Source of the DNA: Lama glama
Taxonomy: Eukaryota
DNA length: 64,000 nucleotides
NCBI GenBank assembly: GCA_028534125.1
Contig: CM052846.1
Coordinates: forward strand, 1,116,001 to 1,180,000
Direction of reading: 5' to 3'
The notes beneath the pieces were generated by a model. The model searched no databases. It saw only the letters and a list, made by a program, of their open reading frames with translations, and was not told the DNA's origin. The translations under genes and the position numbers were made by a program. This document shows, in pieces, positions 23,110-35,650 of the stretch (the first letter of the stretch is position 1; each line of letters starts with the position of its first letter).

Positions 23110-26100
23110 CGTGAGCGCCATCAGGCAGCCCTCCTCCCTGTGGTCGTCGCTTCCTCAGGGCCTCACGGCACACGTGCGAGGTGAGCTGATAGACCGTCGC
23201 CCTCATGTTTCTGCTGGGGAAGCTGAGGCATACGTGACTTGCAAATCGGATTAGAATCCACATCTCCCAGCCCCCCGGGGGGGGGGCGCTGTGCTGCAGT
23301 TAGCCCGGAGAGCAGGGCGTCACCAGATTTACGCGGCTCGCGGCCGGGACGAGGCTGTGGCCCTGCGTCACTGGCCCCGCGTGTGTGACTGGCTGTCCTC
23401 GCTGGAATCCAAGCTCTGAAGTGTCTGCTCTGTTCCCCTGCATGACCCGCGCGTAGAACTGTGCCTGGCAGAAAGGAGGCGACTGGTATTTGTTAAGTAA
23501 AAGAACACCTGTCTTGAGACGTTTGGGATGGGTTTTGAAACCGGTGGTCTGGCCGGAGAAGTCCGCGCTGGGGGAAGTCCCGGTGGCCCTGTGCTGCCCT
23601 CCTCTGAGCCCCAGTAGCAGTGATTTCCCTTCCTCCGCAGGAGGACTGCAATGTGGGGGAAGAGCCTCACTGACTTCTCCCTGAGCAACCGTTCTGAGCC
23701 TCAGTTTCTCGAACCGTCGCAAGATGCCGTAGGCTGCTTCCCTAGTAAGCAGCCTCTGAGTGTGAGATGTGAGTCCTGGGGAGAGCTCTTGGAGACAGCG
23801 CCGTGATGGTGTGAGGAAGCAGGTCGGTGGGTGGAGAGGCGAGCGGGACAGCTACTGTAACTCGAGTCTGGGCTCATCCCACGGGGAGGGCCCTGGAATT
23901 GTCCCTGGTGGAGGCGAGGGGCCCAGCATCCGCAGGAGCAGTCTCTGAGTGCGCGCCACCCTGGGCGTTGATGTGGGATTGCCTGGGGCAGCCGGTGTCC
24001 CGACTCCACGGGGGACCCAGCTCTCAGCACTCCGGTCCTGTTCGTTTCTGCCCCGTTGGAAGTGACTACTGCTCGCAGGGAACCACCCAGCCTTGGTCTT
24101 ATTGCTCCCTTCTCCCCGTGTTTGGGTGACTAAAGACTGGGGCCACAACCACAAGGGGTAAAGGTTCCTTTGCGGCCAGAGTGACATACGCTCTCAGCAG
24201 GGCGGGGCCCAGGCTCTCGGACACTGAGTGATGCAGAGAGAAGTCGCTTTCCCGCTGGCCAGACGGTAGCTAGTGCCTGCCTCCCCTCCCAAGCCCTTGA
24301 CGAGTTCTGTGCACAAGAATGACCTCAGGTACTCCAAGGGCAACCCCAGGGATGGGAACACAGGTGGGGCCAGCCCTCACCCCTGGGGCATTTCTCTGGG
24401 AACAAGATGGCTGAGTCAGGGGACCCCTGCTGCCCACCGTGCACTGAAGCCTCCTTTGCCCACACTTCCAAGGCACCCACCTGACAAGGGTGATCATTTC
24501 CAGCACGAAGAGATGCTGTGGTCCTGGGAGTTTAGTATCAAGTAGAGATGAAGTGAGAGAACCCAGCGAAACTCCTTTCCGGAGCTGGTGTCAGAAGCAC
24601 GGGGTTTAGATGGGGCCGTTTAAGAACGTCACTGTTATGTTTGAGGAGAAGGGCTCGGCCTGGAATATATCCCAGTTTATGTGACGCCTTCTGTTATAAT
24701 GGAGCTGCACTCTGTTCATAAAATTACAAGCGTCTCCCAGGAAGAGGGTGAGTCAGGTGCTATGCGCACTGTCCCTGACAAGTTTATTTGGGTCCAGGTC
24801 GGAGCATGATTATTATACCCTACTGGAAAAAAAATAAATTGACATTTTCGAGTGGAAACCACATCGTTTCTGGGCAGTGTGCGCGCTGGCTGTGTGCAGA
24901 TATTATGTGTCCCTGCAGTCACGAAGCAATTTACGCGCTGGGGTGGGGTTCCCACAGGGTGGTGCCGGCGCTCCCCGGAGAGCGGCTTGATTGGGTGTGA
25001 AACAGCCCTGCTCCCTGGGCGCCTTCAGGCCCGTGGGACTGGTTACACCAAGCCACAGACCCCGCTCCGTTCCAGGGGCAGGGATGCTGGGCCACACCCC
25101 TCCAAAGCCCTGGGCGCCGGCCCCCTGCTCCCTCTGCTCTGTCCTCGCCCCAGACCCCTTCCCCGGGCGGGCTCGCGGCCACCTCCCTGCGCCTGACCGT
25201 GTGTGTTCCTGCTCCGATAAGACAAAAGCCTGGATGGCCATCATCCTCTGCGTGCCTAGCAACTGCTTTAGTCCCCAGGACCCAGAAGTCACCACCCATC
25301 CTGAGGTGAGGCGTCCAGGGCTCGCAGCGCCTGGCTCTCGGGGTCGGGAGAGAAGCCCCTCGCTCCTCCAGCTCGAGACGGCTTTGAGCACAGCTCACAG
25401 CGCCGCTTCTCAGCAGGCCGGCCTGTCGTGTTACAAAGCAGGGAGCGAACCCATGGCAGCTTTGGGGGGATGGGAGCCTGTCCTCGCTGGCAGGGAAGCC
25501 CAGCAGGGCCGGAGTGTTCACAAGCGGATGGAAGAGGGAGCTGGAACACAGAGAACCTGGCCAGGCCCTGAGCTGACGGGGCTTTTTACGGCGACCCTTA
25601 CTGTCACCCCAGCACAACAAAGGAGCACCCAGAAGTCTTTCTTGTGCCATGTCCTCCACAAATCTACAGGCGGCAGTGCCGATGAGATGATCGGTCAATG
25701 CTTTCCACCCAGACTTGCAGGGCTGTAGACTGGGGGGCCTGACAAAGCCAGCAGCCAGGGGCACCCCAGACCCCCAAGTCCGGGCCCCCTAGTAGCCGGG
25801 CGCCGTCACAGCCCTGCTGCAGCCGGACAGAAGTGGACTGTCAAGCAGGCGCTGCTGCTGGCTTGTTTCGCCTGTTCACACGCTGGCTCTCTGGGGTGAG
25901 AGCCCCACCCGCGGGGGCACAGCCGGGCGCGAGCTGACCGCGGGCCTCCTCTGGGGCCCTGCGTCTCAGGAATTGACCCGGCTGCCTCCCCCGTCTCTGT
26001 GCCTGCTTCCCCACCGTCTCATCGGTGTCCTTGCCAATTCGACAGTTATTACCTGATTAATATCCCCTGTGATAGAAGCGTTCCTGGCTGAGCTGTAGCC

Positions 26101-26355
26101 TCCATCGACAATCTGCAGGTGATGGAAACATTATGTTCAGTTCAGTAGCAATTGATGGAAGTGGTCTCTTGTCTTCTGCGGCTGATTGGCTTTGTAATGG
26201 CGACTTAATAATGTAAATATCACTTGTTTTCTTCTCAAGATGAATTGGCTTCTGATTTGCTAAGCCCAAGGCTCTCCGGGCTTTTTTATATCCTTGTCTC
26301 TTCTCATGAGATTGAAGGTGAGGTGTCCTTATTTTGCCATACTTTGCACTCATGC

Positions 26356-26374
26356 ACACACACACACACACACA
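26356..26374. repeat. (CA)n microsatellite
   Basis: cacacacacacacacacaca run. Confidence 0.85.
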
Positions 26375-26580
26375 GGTTTCGAATCCGTGGTTGAAAGAAA
26401 CGCATTATTCTTTCAGCCAGCTGTTGATTATCAAATATGAGCACTAACACTTTTTAGAAATAATCTAATCTAACCCTTAGTTATTACCGGTGATGAAACA
26501 GGAAACCCAAGGCAGTTGGTAAGTAACTTACTCACATGCACACAGAGTCAGAGATTTCCGAAGTTTGAAAAGAACGGCTC

Positions 26581-27360
26581 TGATACTGGGATTCATGAGA
26601 AGAAATGTCTGGCCCTTGTCCAGTTCCTGGCACCTAGTTTCTGTGGCGAGTGAAGAGGTGTCTCTTGTGATGTTAATGTGGCGATCTGGGGATGGCACTG
26701 AGGGATGGTGGCTGCTTGCGGGGCGTGGGAGCTGGCGAATCCTGTGATTATCCGGTTGGAATTTTCATGGAACTTTCAGTCTCCCCCGTCCCACTGTCAC
26801 CTCCTGGGAGGGGCCAGGGCTGGATGGAGATTGAGTTCAATCACCAATGGTCAGTGTTTCAACCATGCTACATAATGAAGCCGCCATTAAAACCAAAGAG
26901 AAAAAAAAAAAGCCCAGGGTTCAGGGAGCCTCTGTGTCTGTGAACACGTGGAGGTGCAGGGACAGTGGAGACTCGGTGGGCACAGAGGCCCTGCCTCGGC
27001 TTCTCTGCACCTTGCTCCTCACAAGTCTTCCAGTTGGCTGTTTCTGAAATACATCTTTTTGTAATAAACTGGTGATCTCTCTGCGCATTGTGAGCCACTA
27101 TAGCAAATTAATAAACCCCAGGAGGGGTCGTGGGCACCTCAGATCTGGAGCCAGTCAGTCAGAAGCACAGGTGACAACCCGCCCTGCAGTTGGCATCTGA
27201 AACTGGGATTCGGGGACAATCGTGTCGGATCTCCAGGTAGGTCGTGTCAGAATCAGGTTGAACTCCGGGACACCCAGCTGATGTCGAATTGCTTGTTGTG
27301 GGGAGAGCCCACCAGCGAGAGTTGGGTCAGAACCGTGAGGGCTCTGCATTTTACTTTCTC
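26581..27360 (+). mobile_element. ERV solo LTR, MER21-like
   Basis: agttcctggcac, ggaactttcagtctccccc...cctcctgggagggg..gggctggatggagattgagttcaatcaccaatgg, taataaactgg, tgtgagccactatagcaaattaat.aacccca.gaggggtcgtggg, gtcagaagcacaggtgacaacc and gacacccagctgatgtc are MER21 hallmarks. Confidence 0.8.
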
Positions 27361-30300
27361 TGCTGAGGGTTCCTCTCCTGTCGCGCGTGCACGCCACGCG
27401 TGTATCTGGGTGCTCGCGTGGGTATAACACGCAGAGTGAGACACACACTGCACTGTTACTTCCGTTCATTCCAGGACTCGCTGTCTGCGTCCACTGGGAT
27501 GATGGGGTGTTTTGGGCCTGCCTTTTATTGATGTGGTGTGTCACCCCCGGACTTGCTGCCTAGGTACAGTGCTGTGAAACTGACGGACCCCCCCTCTAGG
27601 GCTGAGTGGAAGTTAAGAAAGCTCGGGGCCACACGGCAGGGTGGCCAACACCCTCCTTCCCGGCCGGTTCTCAGAATGTCCCTCTGTGGGCGGCCCCACC
27701 TGCCCCGCCACCTGCCACCTGTGGGCTCCGGGCCCCTGCCCTGTGCGGTGTGGGTACCACAGCCCCTCCTGCCCTCCCCGCTTCTGTCCAAGATCCTTCG
27801 GAACCCAGCCACCCTTACAATTCTCTTCTCTTTCATATTCTTGTCCTCGTTTGTCAAGAAGGCTGGGGCTCCTTGCCTCCCGAGGTAACAAAACCAAAAC
27901 TGACAAACCAATCTGAGCCAGTAGGAAAGCTCAGGACTCCTCGGACTCTCACTGCCCAAATCCTTCCCAGCCAGAGAGCAGAGCCTGGGTGGTGACCACA
28001 TAAGGACGAGGGGGTGTTTGCAGGGAAGGCAGCAGTGGTGCGGCGGGCCGGCAGGCAGAAAGATGGAGAAGAGTGTTTTGCTGCATTTGGAGCAGCCCCT
28101 CGGCCCCACGCCAACGGGCCTGGAACCATATAGTGGATGCTGAGTTATGTCTGTAAGACATTCTTCCAACCTGCCCATCGAGGGGAGGGAAAAACAGCTA
28201 CTTGTCAAAATCTGCATGAACAGGAGTCTTGGAAGGGAAAGGCAATAATTAATTTCCTCCATTAATACAAGGCGTTACCCACAGCCACACACGGTCCTTC
28301 ATAACTGTCAAACCCCTCTCCTGCCTGTCACCAAGCAGCCGCAGCCCGGTGACAGATGCGAGCCATCTCGGAATCGCACGGCGTCTCCAGTCTCGTGTCT
28401 GTCTGTCCAGACCCCAGACAGAGCGCGGGCGGGCGGCTGCAGAGAGCTGCTTCTGTCTGCTTAGGGGTCAGCGGCCGCAGGCCCCGGGCTGGACCTCTGC
28501 CCGTCCCCGCGTGCTCATCAGGTTCCGGGCCTGGGCCGTCTTCAGGCCTCCTGGGTGCGGACGGGCTTGCTAGGTTATGCAATTCCACAGGCGGCCTTGG
28601 AGACCATCGGGAACAACTGTTTTACTCGATAGGGAGGGAGAGGAGCCAGGGCTGGGCAAGCTAAAACTGCGGACTCAGAATCACGCAGCACGTTAGTGGC
28701 AAAGCGGAAGCCCGGCCCCAGGGCGCTGACCTCTGCTGCAGCGGCTTCCCCGCTTACTCTCATCACCGGCTCGGAGCCGTAGGAGGCCGTGTGTGATGTG
28801 GCTTCCATGGTGACGAGGCCAGGAAGACAGACGCCTTTGGTGAGAGTTCGGCTCAGTAAGAGGCCAGGCTGGATGGTAGGAGGGACGTGGACTTGCCTGG
28901 AACGGCACGAGGTGCAGGTACGAGGGTCCACGACAAGGCAGTTTCCAAAGAGACCCCCGTGACGTGACGTGCTCCTGCCCCGGGCAGAGGCTGCTGTGCA
29001 CACGGCCCCTAACCCACTCCGCCCGGCATGCCCGAGCGCTGAGCACTGGGGTGAAGCCACCTCCCCGGGACGCTCGGGAGCCCAGGCCGCACGCGCTGTG
29101 ACGTGTGCAGGGCCTCTGGCGTGGCCTGCACGCCAGGTGCTCTTGGCTTGGCGGCTCCTCTGCCTGGAAGCTACTGAGTGTCTGAGCACGGCTGGCGAGG
29201 ACCACTGCCGCGCAGCCGCGTGCCGGGAACTGACGTGGGGCGAGGGTGACGGGAAAGGAGGAGAGGGAAGGGAGGAGAGAGGAGGAGGGGTCAGCCTGCA
29301 TCCTGGCGTTGTCCGCAGACACCGGCCTGCACTCTGCCTCCCAACCGCTGCTCCCCAGCAGCTTCAACCGGGCTGCTTCACAGGGCGCCAGGCCGTCCAG
29401 AAGGTGCAGGCCCGGCGTCTGAACGCTGGGACTCAGGCCTTCGAGCCCCAGCTGGGCTTCCTCCCTGGGGGCTGCAGCGCCGACCCCGCCCTGGGCGGCT
29501 CCAGCTCCAGGCTGCCCTCTGCTCTGTCCTCCCAGAGAAGACTCGGCTGGTGCGCCCGGAGCCCCAGGAGAGCTTAGTGCTCGGGGCCACGCTGACCCTC
29601 GTCCCACAGAGCTCGACAGCCGAGGACCACGCCCCATGTGGGGACCAGATCACTGCCTTTGGTCCCACTTGGTGGCCAGGACTTTCCCTGGGAGGGAAAT
29701 ACTGGGGCTGCGCGGACTAACACCCAAGCACACTGCTGAGACCAGAAGGAAAGCTGGTGTCTGCTGAGAGCTGGCTGTCCGGACAAACCTGACCGTGAGG
29801 TCACCTGCCTATAAAAACAACCAGCTTTCTGGGCATTACTCTGCAAATCCACGATCCCCAGGGGTCAGAGCCATCGCGGGTGATGTGGAAGGAAAGTTTT
29901 AACTCCCCCAAAGGCAAGCAAGAGGCCAAGCATTTGCTCTGATGTTGCTCTGTTATTAGACATAATGTGAAGCTTTTGGAGCCACTTGCCCCCAGCAGAT
30001 TCTGGCCCTGAAGGTCTGCTGTGTGCTCAGAAGTCAGTTTTCCAAAGTGCCCTCGGGGAACTGTGGTGCTGGACGCCCACTGGCCGGATGCACGGCGGCA
30101 TCTCCATCCGTCCCTAGTCTGGTCTCCTTTGAGGAACGGGCCTGGGGCCCGGGTCCGGCCTGCTCGCGCTCACGCCGGCAAGGCCGGGCCGCGCTCGCTG
30201 AGGACCTGTGTGCGTGGAGGAAGCAGTCTCTGTTCAGTGCCTTCGGCAGCACTTTTTAAAGCAGCAGTTTATTTAGACCAAAGCACAGACTGCATTGCAC

Positions 30301-33300
30301 TTTGTCATTGTTAGCACAGAAATAACCCTGTGGGTTCAGAGTAATAACAGAGGAAGACAACGAGATTAGTGAAGACGCTTCAAATGCCCCGAACGTTTTG
30401 TAAATAACATTGCTGTTCAAGCTCTGCTTTTGAAAGTCTTTTTCTGTTTTGCTTTGTTTTTCCTTCAGCCTCTGTGTTTTGGTCTGAACTGTTTGTGTCT
30501 GTTCATAGTTAGCGCTTTTTAGAATGTTAAGTGTCAGCTCCGTCTTTAATCCAAAGAGACCAACCTGTTCTCCAAATGGATGTAGGCGTCTGTCCTCAGC
30601 CGTCTGCCCGCCTGGGTGTGGAATCCTGGCTTTCCGCTTTCTGCGTCCTCCTCCGCGCCGTCCCTCCCTGTCTGTCTGTCTCTGCCCGCCTGCCTGCCTG
30701 CGCCCCCCTCCTGTCCTCTCCCTCTGGCGCACACCCTGAACTTTCTCTCAAGGGGAGCGTGTCACGTCCTCTCGGGGACCCTGACTCTGTCACTCACTCA
30801 GGTCCCCTCCCTCTGGGTCAACAGTATCGTCTAGATTCCAAGAATCCCCACCCACTGAACCCGTCTGAGGAAGAGAACGTACATGACACCAAGCTGAACG
30901 CACGTCTTCTCTGCTTTGGGAAGAGGCTGCCCCGGCCTTCACGCCCCGCTGGGGGCCCGGGCCTCCCTGGCCACTGCGGGCCGAGGAAGGGCGGTCGGCA
31001 GGGCCCCGCCAGCCCCGGCTGTCGTTGCCTGCCGCTGCGCCAGGGGCCCGTTTCCGGCACCTCCTATGGACACGACGGATGTAGGTCCTTCATGGAGGCT
31101 GGCGACCGTCCGCAGAAGGCCCAGTGCGCAGGCTTGCTGGCTGCTGGGCCCGAGCGCCTTCTCGGCCGAGGAGGGCCGGCAGCCCACCCGTGGAACGGGG
31201 CTCTGGGAGAGAGGGGCCGCAGGAGTCCTCGCCACGCTGACCGCGCTGTCCTGGCTGTGGGTGGCAGTTCCCGAGGAGGTTTGGGACGAAGCTGAGGCAG
31301 GGCCCCCGGCCAGCCCAGCCAGGCTGAGCAGGAGCCCAGGCTCTGGCTTTCCAGTGCCCCCGGGCGGCCCTTCCCTGTCCCCGGGGCAGCCGTGCCGGCC
31401 CACCCTGCCTCCCGGGCCTCCCTGCAGGGCACTCCTCCATGTCCCCCGTCCCGCCCCTGCCCCGCCCGTCCTCACGTCCCCTCTGTCTTGGCTTCTGTCC
31501 CCCCGAGAAAGAGAGCCCAGTGTGTCAGTCTGTCCTTCTGGACAGTCCTTCTGCGTGAGTCACCAGGGTCCTTCCCATCTGTGTCCCCCTCTGCAGTCCC
31601 GTCAATAGCGGGGAAAGATTTGGGAGACTCACCACCGCCAGGGATCTCAGCAGGGCCCCCCAGCAGCCCACCCCCCCGGCCCCACTGGAAGCCCAGTCCA
31701 CCCTCCCAGTGGCACGCTGACCCTGTCGCCGGCCAGCTCACTTCAGCCGCCGGGAAGGCCGCCCGCAAGCCCGCCTGGGTGGGGCAGGCCACCCCTCCTG
31801 TGGGGAAGGTCCCTGCGGCCCCAGCCTGAGAAAAGTTTTCAGACCCCAAGACAGAGAGCTTCTGTCACCACCAGCAAGTAAGATGTCCACTCGGAGGCTC
31901 TGACCCAAACCAGGCGGCTTCAGCGCAACTCGGGTGCTCGTGTTAATCACGGGGCATGAAGTGGTGGGTCTGTCACGCCCTGCCTTGTGCTGAGGGGGTG
32001 TCTCCGGGGCTGGGAGCAGGCAAGGAAGGGCTGGGCTGCTGTCCGCGTCCCGGTTTAATTAAGGAGGGGGCCCAGGTTGCTCGTGGCCGGCAGGGTTCTG
32101 AGGAGAGGCCAGGGCGGGGAGGTGGGTGTGCAGAGGAGAGAAGGCTGAAAGGGGGGAGAGTTGTGGGGGACTCGGGGTTCCCAAACCCCAGCCGTCACAC
32201 AGAGCGTGAACAAACCCCATATTTTAGCCTGCATGGACGCACCAGGGGACCAAAAAGCGGCGGACGTGACTCCTTCTCGACGTGCTTACAGTTGAGAGAG
32301 CGGTGAAGTCGCATGGGCAGCAAGGGCTAACAGCGCAGGTCCACCCTGTCCCCTGCTCAGACACCTGCCCCCATTCCAAACTCAGGCATGTTCCGAGGTT
32401 TCTGTCTTGGGAAAGAAGGAGGCTCTGGTGTCTGGGGGTATGTGATGGAGAGGATGCCAGGGGAGCTGGAGGAAGAGGGGGACCCTATTCCCAGCCTGTG
32501 GATTCCAGACAGGGGCAGGTAGCTCCCCTGTGCTCGCTCCTCCGTGCCCTCACTCCTGCCCCCACCGTGGGAGGTGGGTGGCCAGTATTATGGTAAGGGG
32601 GTTTGCTCAGACAGCCATGGACCTGGGGAAGCAGGGAGAAGGCCACTGCCTGCCCACAAGGGAGGCTGGTTCCATCACCCTCCCCTCCTGGTCCACTCGC
32701 TTGGGTCCCGGAGGTCCTGCCAACCCTGGACTCTCCGTCAAGGCAGCCCTTGCTCTCAGGTCCAGTTTCCGGCCTGTGGTCAGTCCTGGAGCTGAGTCCT
32801 CCCACTGCACGTGCCCAGCTGTCCTGAGTCCAGAGGGAGAAGGCCAGGAGCCCTGTCCTCTCGGACGCCAAGCCCAGCCTGCAGGCCAGCTCGACAGCAG
32901 GGAGGCTGCCGCTCTGACCTGCTGGTGACTCACTATATGTGATGGTGATGGTGTCTCCTGGCCAGAATCCTGGAGAGAGGGAGGGCTGAGCGGCAGGGTC
33001 TGGGCACACACCTCTACCTTGTCCTGGGCACCTCGAGGGCACAGAAGCAGAGGGAGGGGCCCGCTTCCGACACTTCCTTTCCTTGGCCTTGTCTGGCTCC
33101 AGACCCTGAAGGCAGGATTTCCAGCAAGTACACAACATGCCGATCAACCCGCACTTTTTTCTAAGCACACAGCACCTTCCTTACAGGAGTAAAGCCAGTT
33201 CTTTGATAGTGTGACCGGCTGCCCAGCTTTGGCGAATGGGCAAGAGACCATCTATTCTCCAAGGTCGATCACGGAGCCTCGCAGGTTGGCAGGTGCACAT

Positions 33301-35015
33301 GGTCCTCTGGGCATCTGATTCCAGGTCCAAGGCCAGCACCAGTAGCAATGGTCTACAGGAGCGCCTTTGGCTGGGCAGCAGGGCACTCATTTCTTGTCTT
33401 TTCAGAAGCCCTGCCCCGCGCGCCCACGGCCCCTGAGTGACCCACGCTCCCCGCCCCCCTGGCTTCCTTCTGGCCACGTCCTTCCTCACTCACCCGAGCT
33501 CTGCTTCCTCGGGCCTTTCTTCCCCAAGCCCTCTTGTCCCTGTGCCGGCGCCTCCTGACCTTCTCACCCCCTCCCACCCCCTTCCCCCTGGCGCCTGCCC
33601 CTGGCCTGTGTTACTGTGACTCACCCCTGACAGGTCCCTTGGCAGAAGCTGTGACAGGTGCTAACCTTTTACCTCACAGAGCATCTTCCCCAGACAGAGC
33701 GGCGCTTTCGGTGGCTGATGAGGAAGGATGGAGCGGCCGGGCACCTCGCTGGCGAATTTTAGTCCTTCCCGAGGGAGGGGCCAGGCAGGGCTTGGGTCCT
33801 TGGGAGGACAGGGTCTCAGGTAACATGAACAGTCTAGCGCAGGAACGGGCCGCGCCTGGAATTGTCCCCGGGGAACGTCGCACGGTGGTGGGGGTAGTCT
33901 GTCAGGGACAACTTTCTCAAAAGGTGGAAGGCTGAAACTGTTGACCTTCAGGGTACTTCCAGCTCGATAATTCTGAGGAACTGGCTGAGGAAAGGAAGGG
34001 ACAATTGGGCCAGGAGTGGCGGCTGAGAAACAGCTGGTGCAGAGGGACAGGACACGAAGGGAGAGCGGGGAAGAGGGTCTGGAAGGGCCCGGATCTTCCC
34101 TGGACTTCCTCGTCGCGCTCTTCATCCCTGATGCCCGGGGGCTCCTCCATCTCCAGTCCCCAAGTCCAACCCGCCGTCCCTCACTAGAGGGACCTCAAAA
34201 CAGTTAAGAATGGAAGCGGAGCCTGGGGGAGGAAAAGGCCAAGTCCCCCGGTTCCAGGCCCATGGACTGCGGGCTCCCCACGGTCAAGGCCCTGGCCTCC
34301 TGCTGCCTCTCCAGCCCACAGCGCCCAGCCCAGCCCCTCCTCATGGCAGGGGTGAGTGAAATACCCACAGGGGGCATCTGGGACAGCAGGTGGGGCCAGG
34401 GAGCCTTGGTCCCCAGGAGTGGGTCTGCCCTTGGGCTTCTGAGACGGAGCCGACCCTGCTCCCTACGTTCTGTGACTGTCACGCCAGGATGTGCATCCCT
34501 GCAGGGAGGCCCCCCGTGCCCACCGGGCTCGGCCCAACCCCAGGCACGCACCCTGCACCCTGGGGGTCTTGGTCCAGGGACCTCCCACAGCCCCCGATAA
34601 ATGGCCCGTTTGTGTCCTTGCAGAACTTCGTCTCGCTAATATAGTGGATCGAACCTGCCTCCTTCCAAGCCTCCTCTGTGGGAAAAAGAGCCCCTGCTTT
34701 TTAATATATTTCTGCCAGGGATTCAGAGCCCACTCGCTTCTGTCTCCGGTCGCGCCAGTCGGGGCCGTCTGAATGCGCAGCACACGCCCCCACGCCTCCG
34801 GGTGACAGGCTCATGGCTGGACTTGTCACCATGAAGCAGAACTGGGGGGCAGCCCTGGAGCTCCTGCTTTCATACGTTTTCTCAGAAAAAAAAATTATAG
34901 TCTTGTAGTCTTTTTTAAAAAAAATCCCTTTTGAATGTGTTTTCAGAATCTGCTGTGATTCCGAGGGCAACTTGCCTACACCCCGTCTGCCTTTCTGTCC
35001 TTCCTCACCCCCGTG

Positions 35016-35650
35016 TGATACAGGAACATGGGGCGTGAGAGGATGGCCAGGTCCCAGGTCCCAGGTCCCAGGTCTCAGGCGAGTCCCTGGGATGCACCCT
35101 GTCGAGTGAGGGTCCTTGGCTTCACACGGGGAAGAATTCAGGAGCGAGCCGTTGTAGAGTGACGGTGGGTTTATTCAGAGATGCACGCTCCACAGACAGC
35201 GTGCGGGCCGTCTCCGAAGGCCAGAGAGAGCCACAGGCCTAGGAGATGCGCGTTCCGCAGGTGGAGCGTGGGCCCTCGTGGCAGGTGAGAGGTGGCGGCC
35301 TCAGCGCGGGGGCGTCTAGGAAGGTGAGATGGGCCGTGAGGTGTGGGGGTGTGTACTCTTCATGGGCCCAGTGACGTCATGTGCTCACAAGTGGGAGGGT
35401 TAGGCCAGCTACTTTCAGGAAGAGGCTGGGGTTCCCATGAACTGGGCCGTCACCCACTTTGTGACCCTTTATGGTCAGCTCAGAGCTGCCACGGCGCCTG
35501 TGGGAGGGCCATTTCCCATGACCGTGTGTTACGATGAGCATAGGATGAAGGTCAGGGTCTCCTGGAGCCAGACCTCCCACCACCTCGGTGCTCATGGCTG
35601 CGCGGTTCCCTTAGTGGCTGTGCCGGCTTCCTCCCTCCTGTCGTATGAGC
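35016..35650 (-). mobile_element. ERV1-type solo LTR (MER31-like), antisense; right boundary uncertain
   Basis: Starts tgatacaggaa. agggtccttggcttcacacggggaagaattcaggagcgagcc...gtttattcagaga..ctccacagacag includes an antisense AATAAA; later gccacggcgcctgtgggag...tgagcataggatga. Confidence 0.6.
35047..35080. repeat. 7-bp tandem repeat (CCAGGTC)x4 plus a partial copy
   Basis: ccaggtc ccaggtc ccaggtc ccaggtc tcaggc, read directly. Confidence 0.9.

Noticed and set aside
24900-34800. Many 150-310 aa ORFs on both strands (e.g. 28693-29637, 24931-25764, 30531-31295)
   Set aside because: Pro/Arg/Gly/Ala-rich with no recognisable domains and overlapping in several frames; expected from stop-codon scarcity in GC-rich intronic DNA.
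35047-35080. CRISPR-like or other prokaryotic repeat system
   Set aside because: A simple 7-bp tandem without spacers inside an LTR. The window is eukaryotic with no cas-like or operon-like genes.
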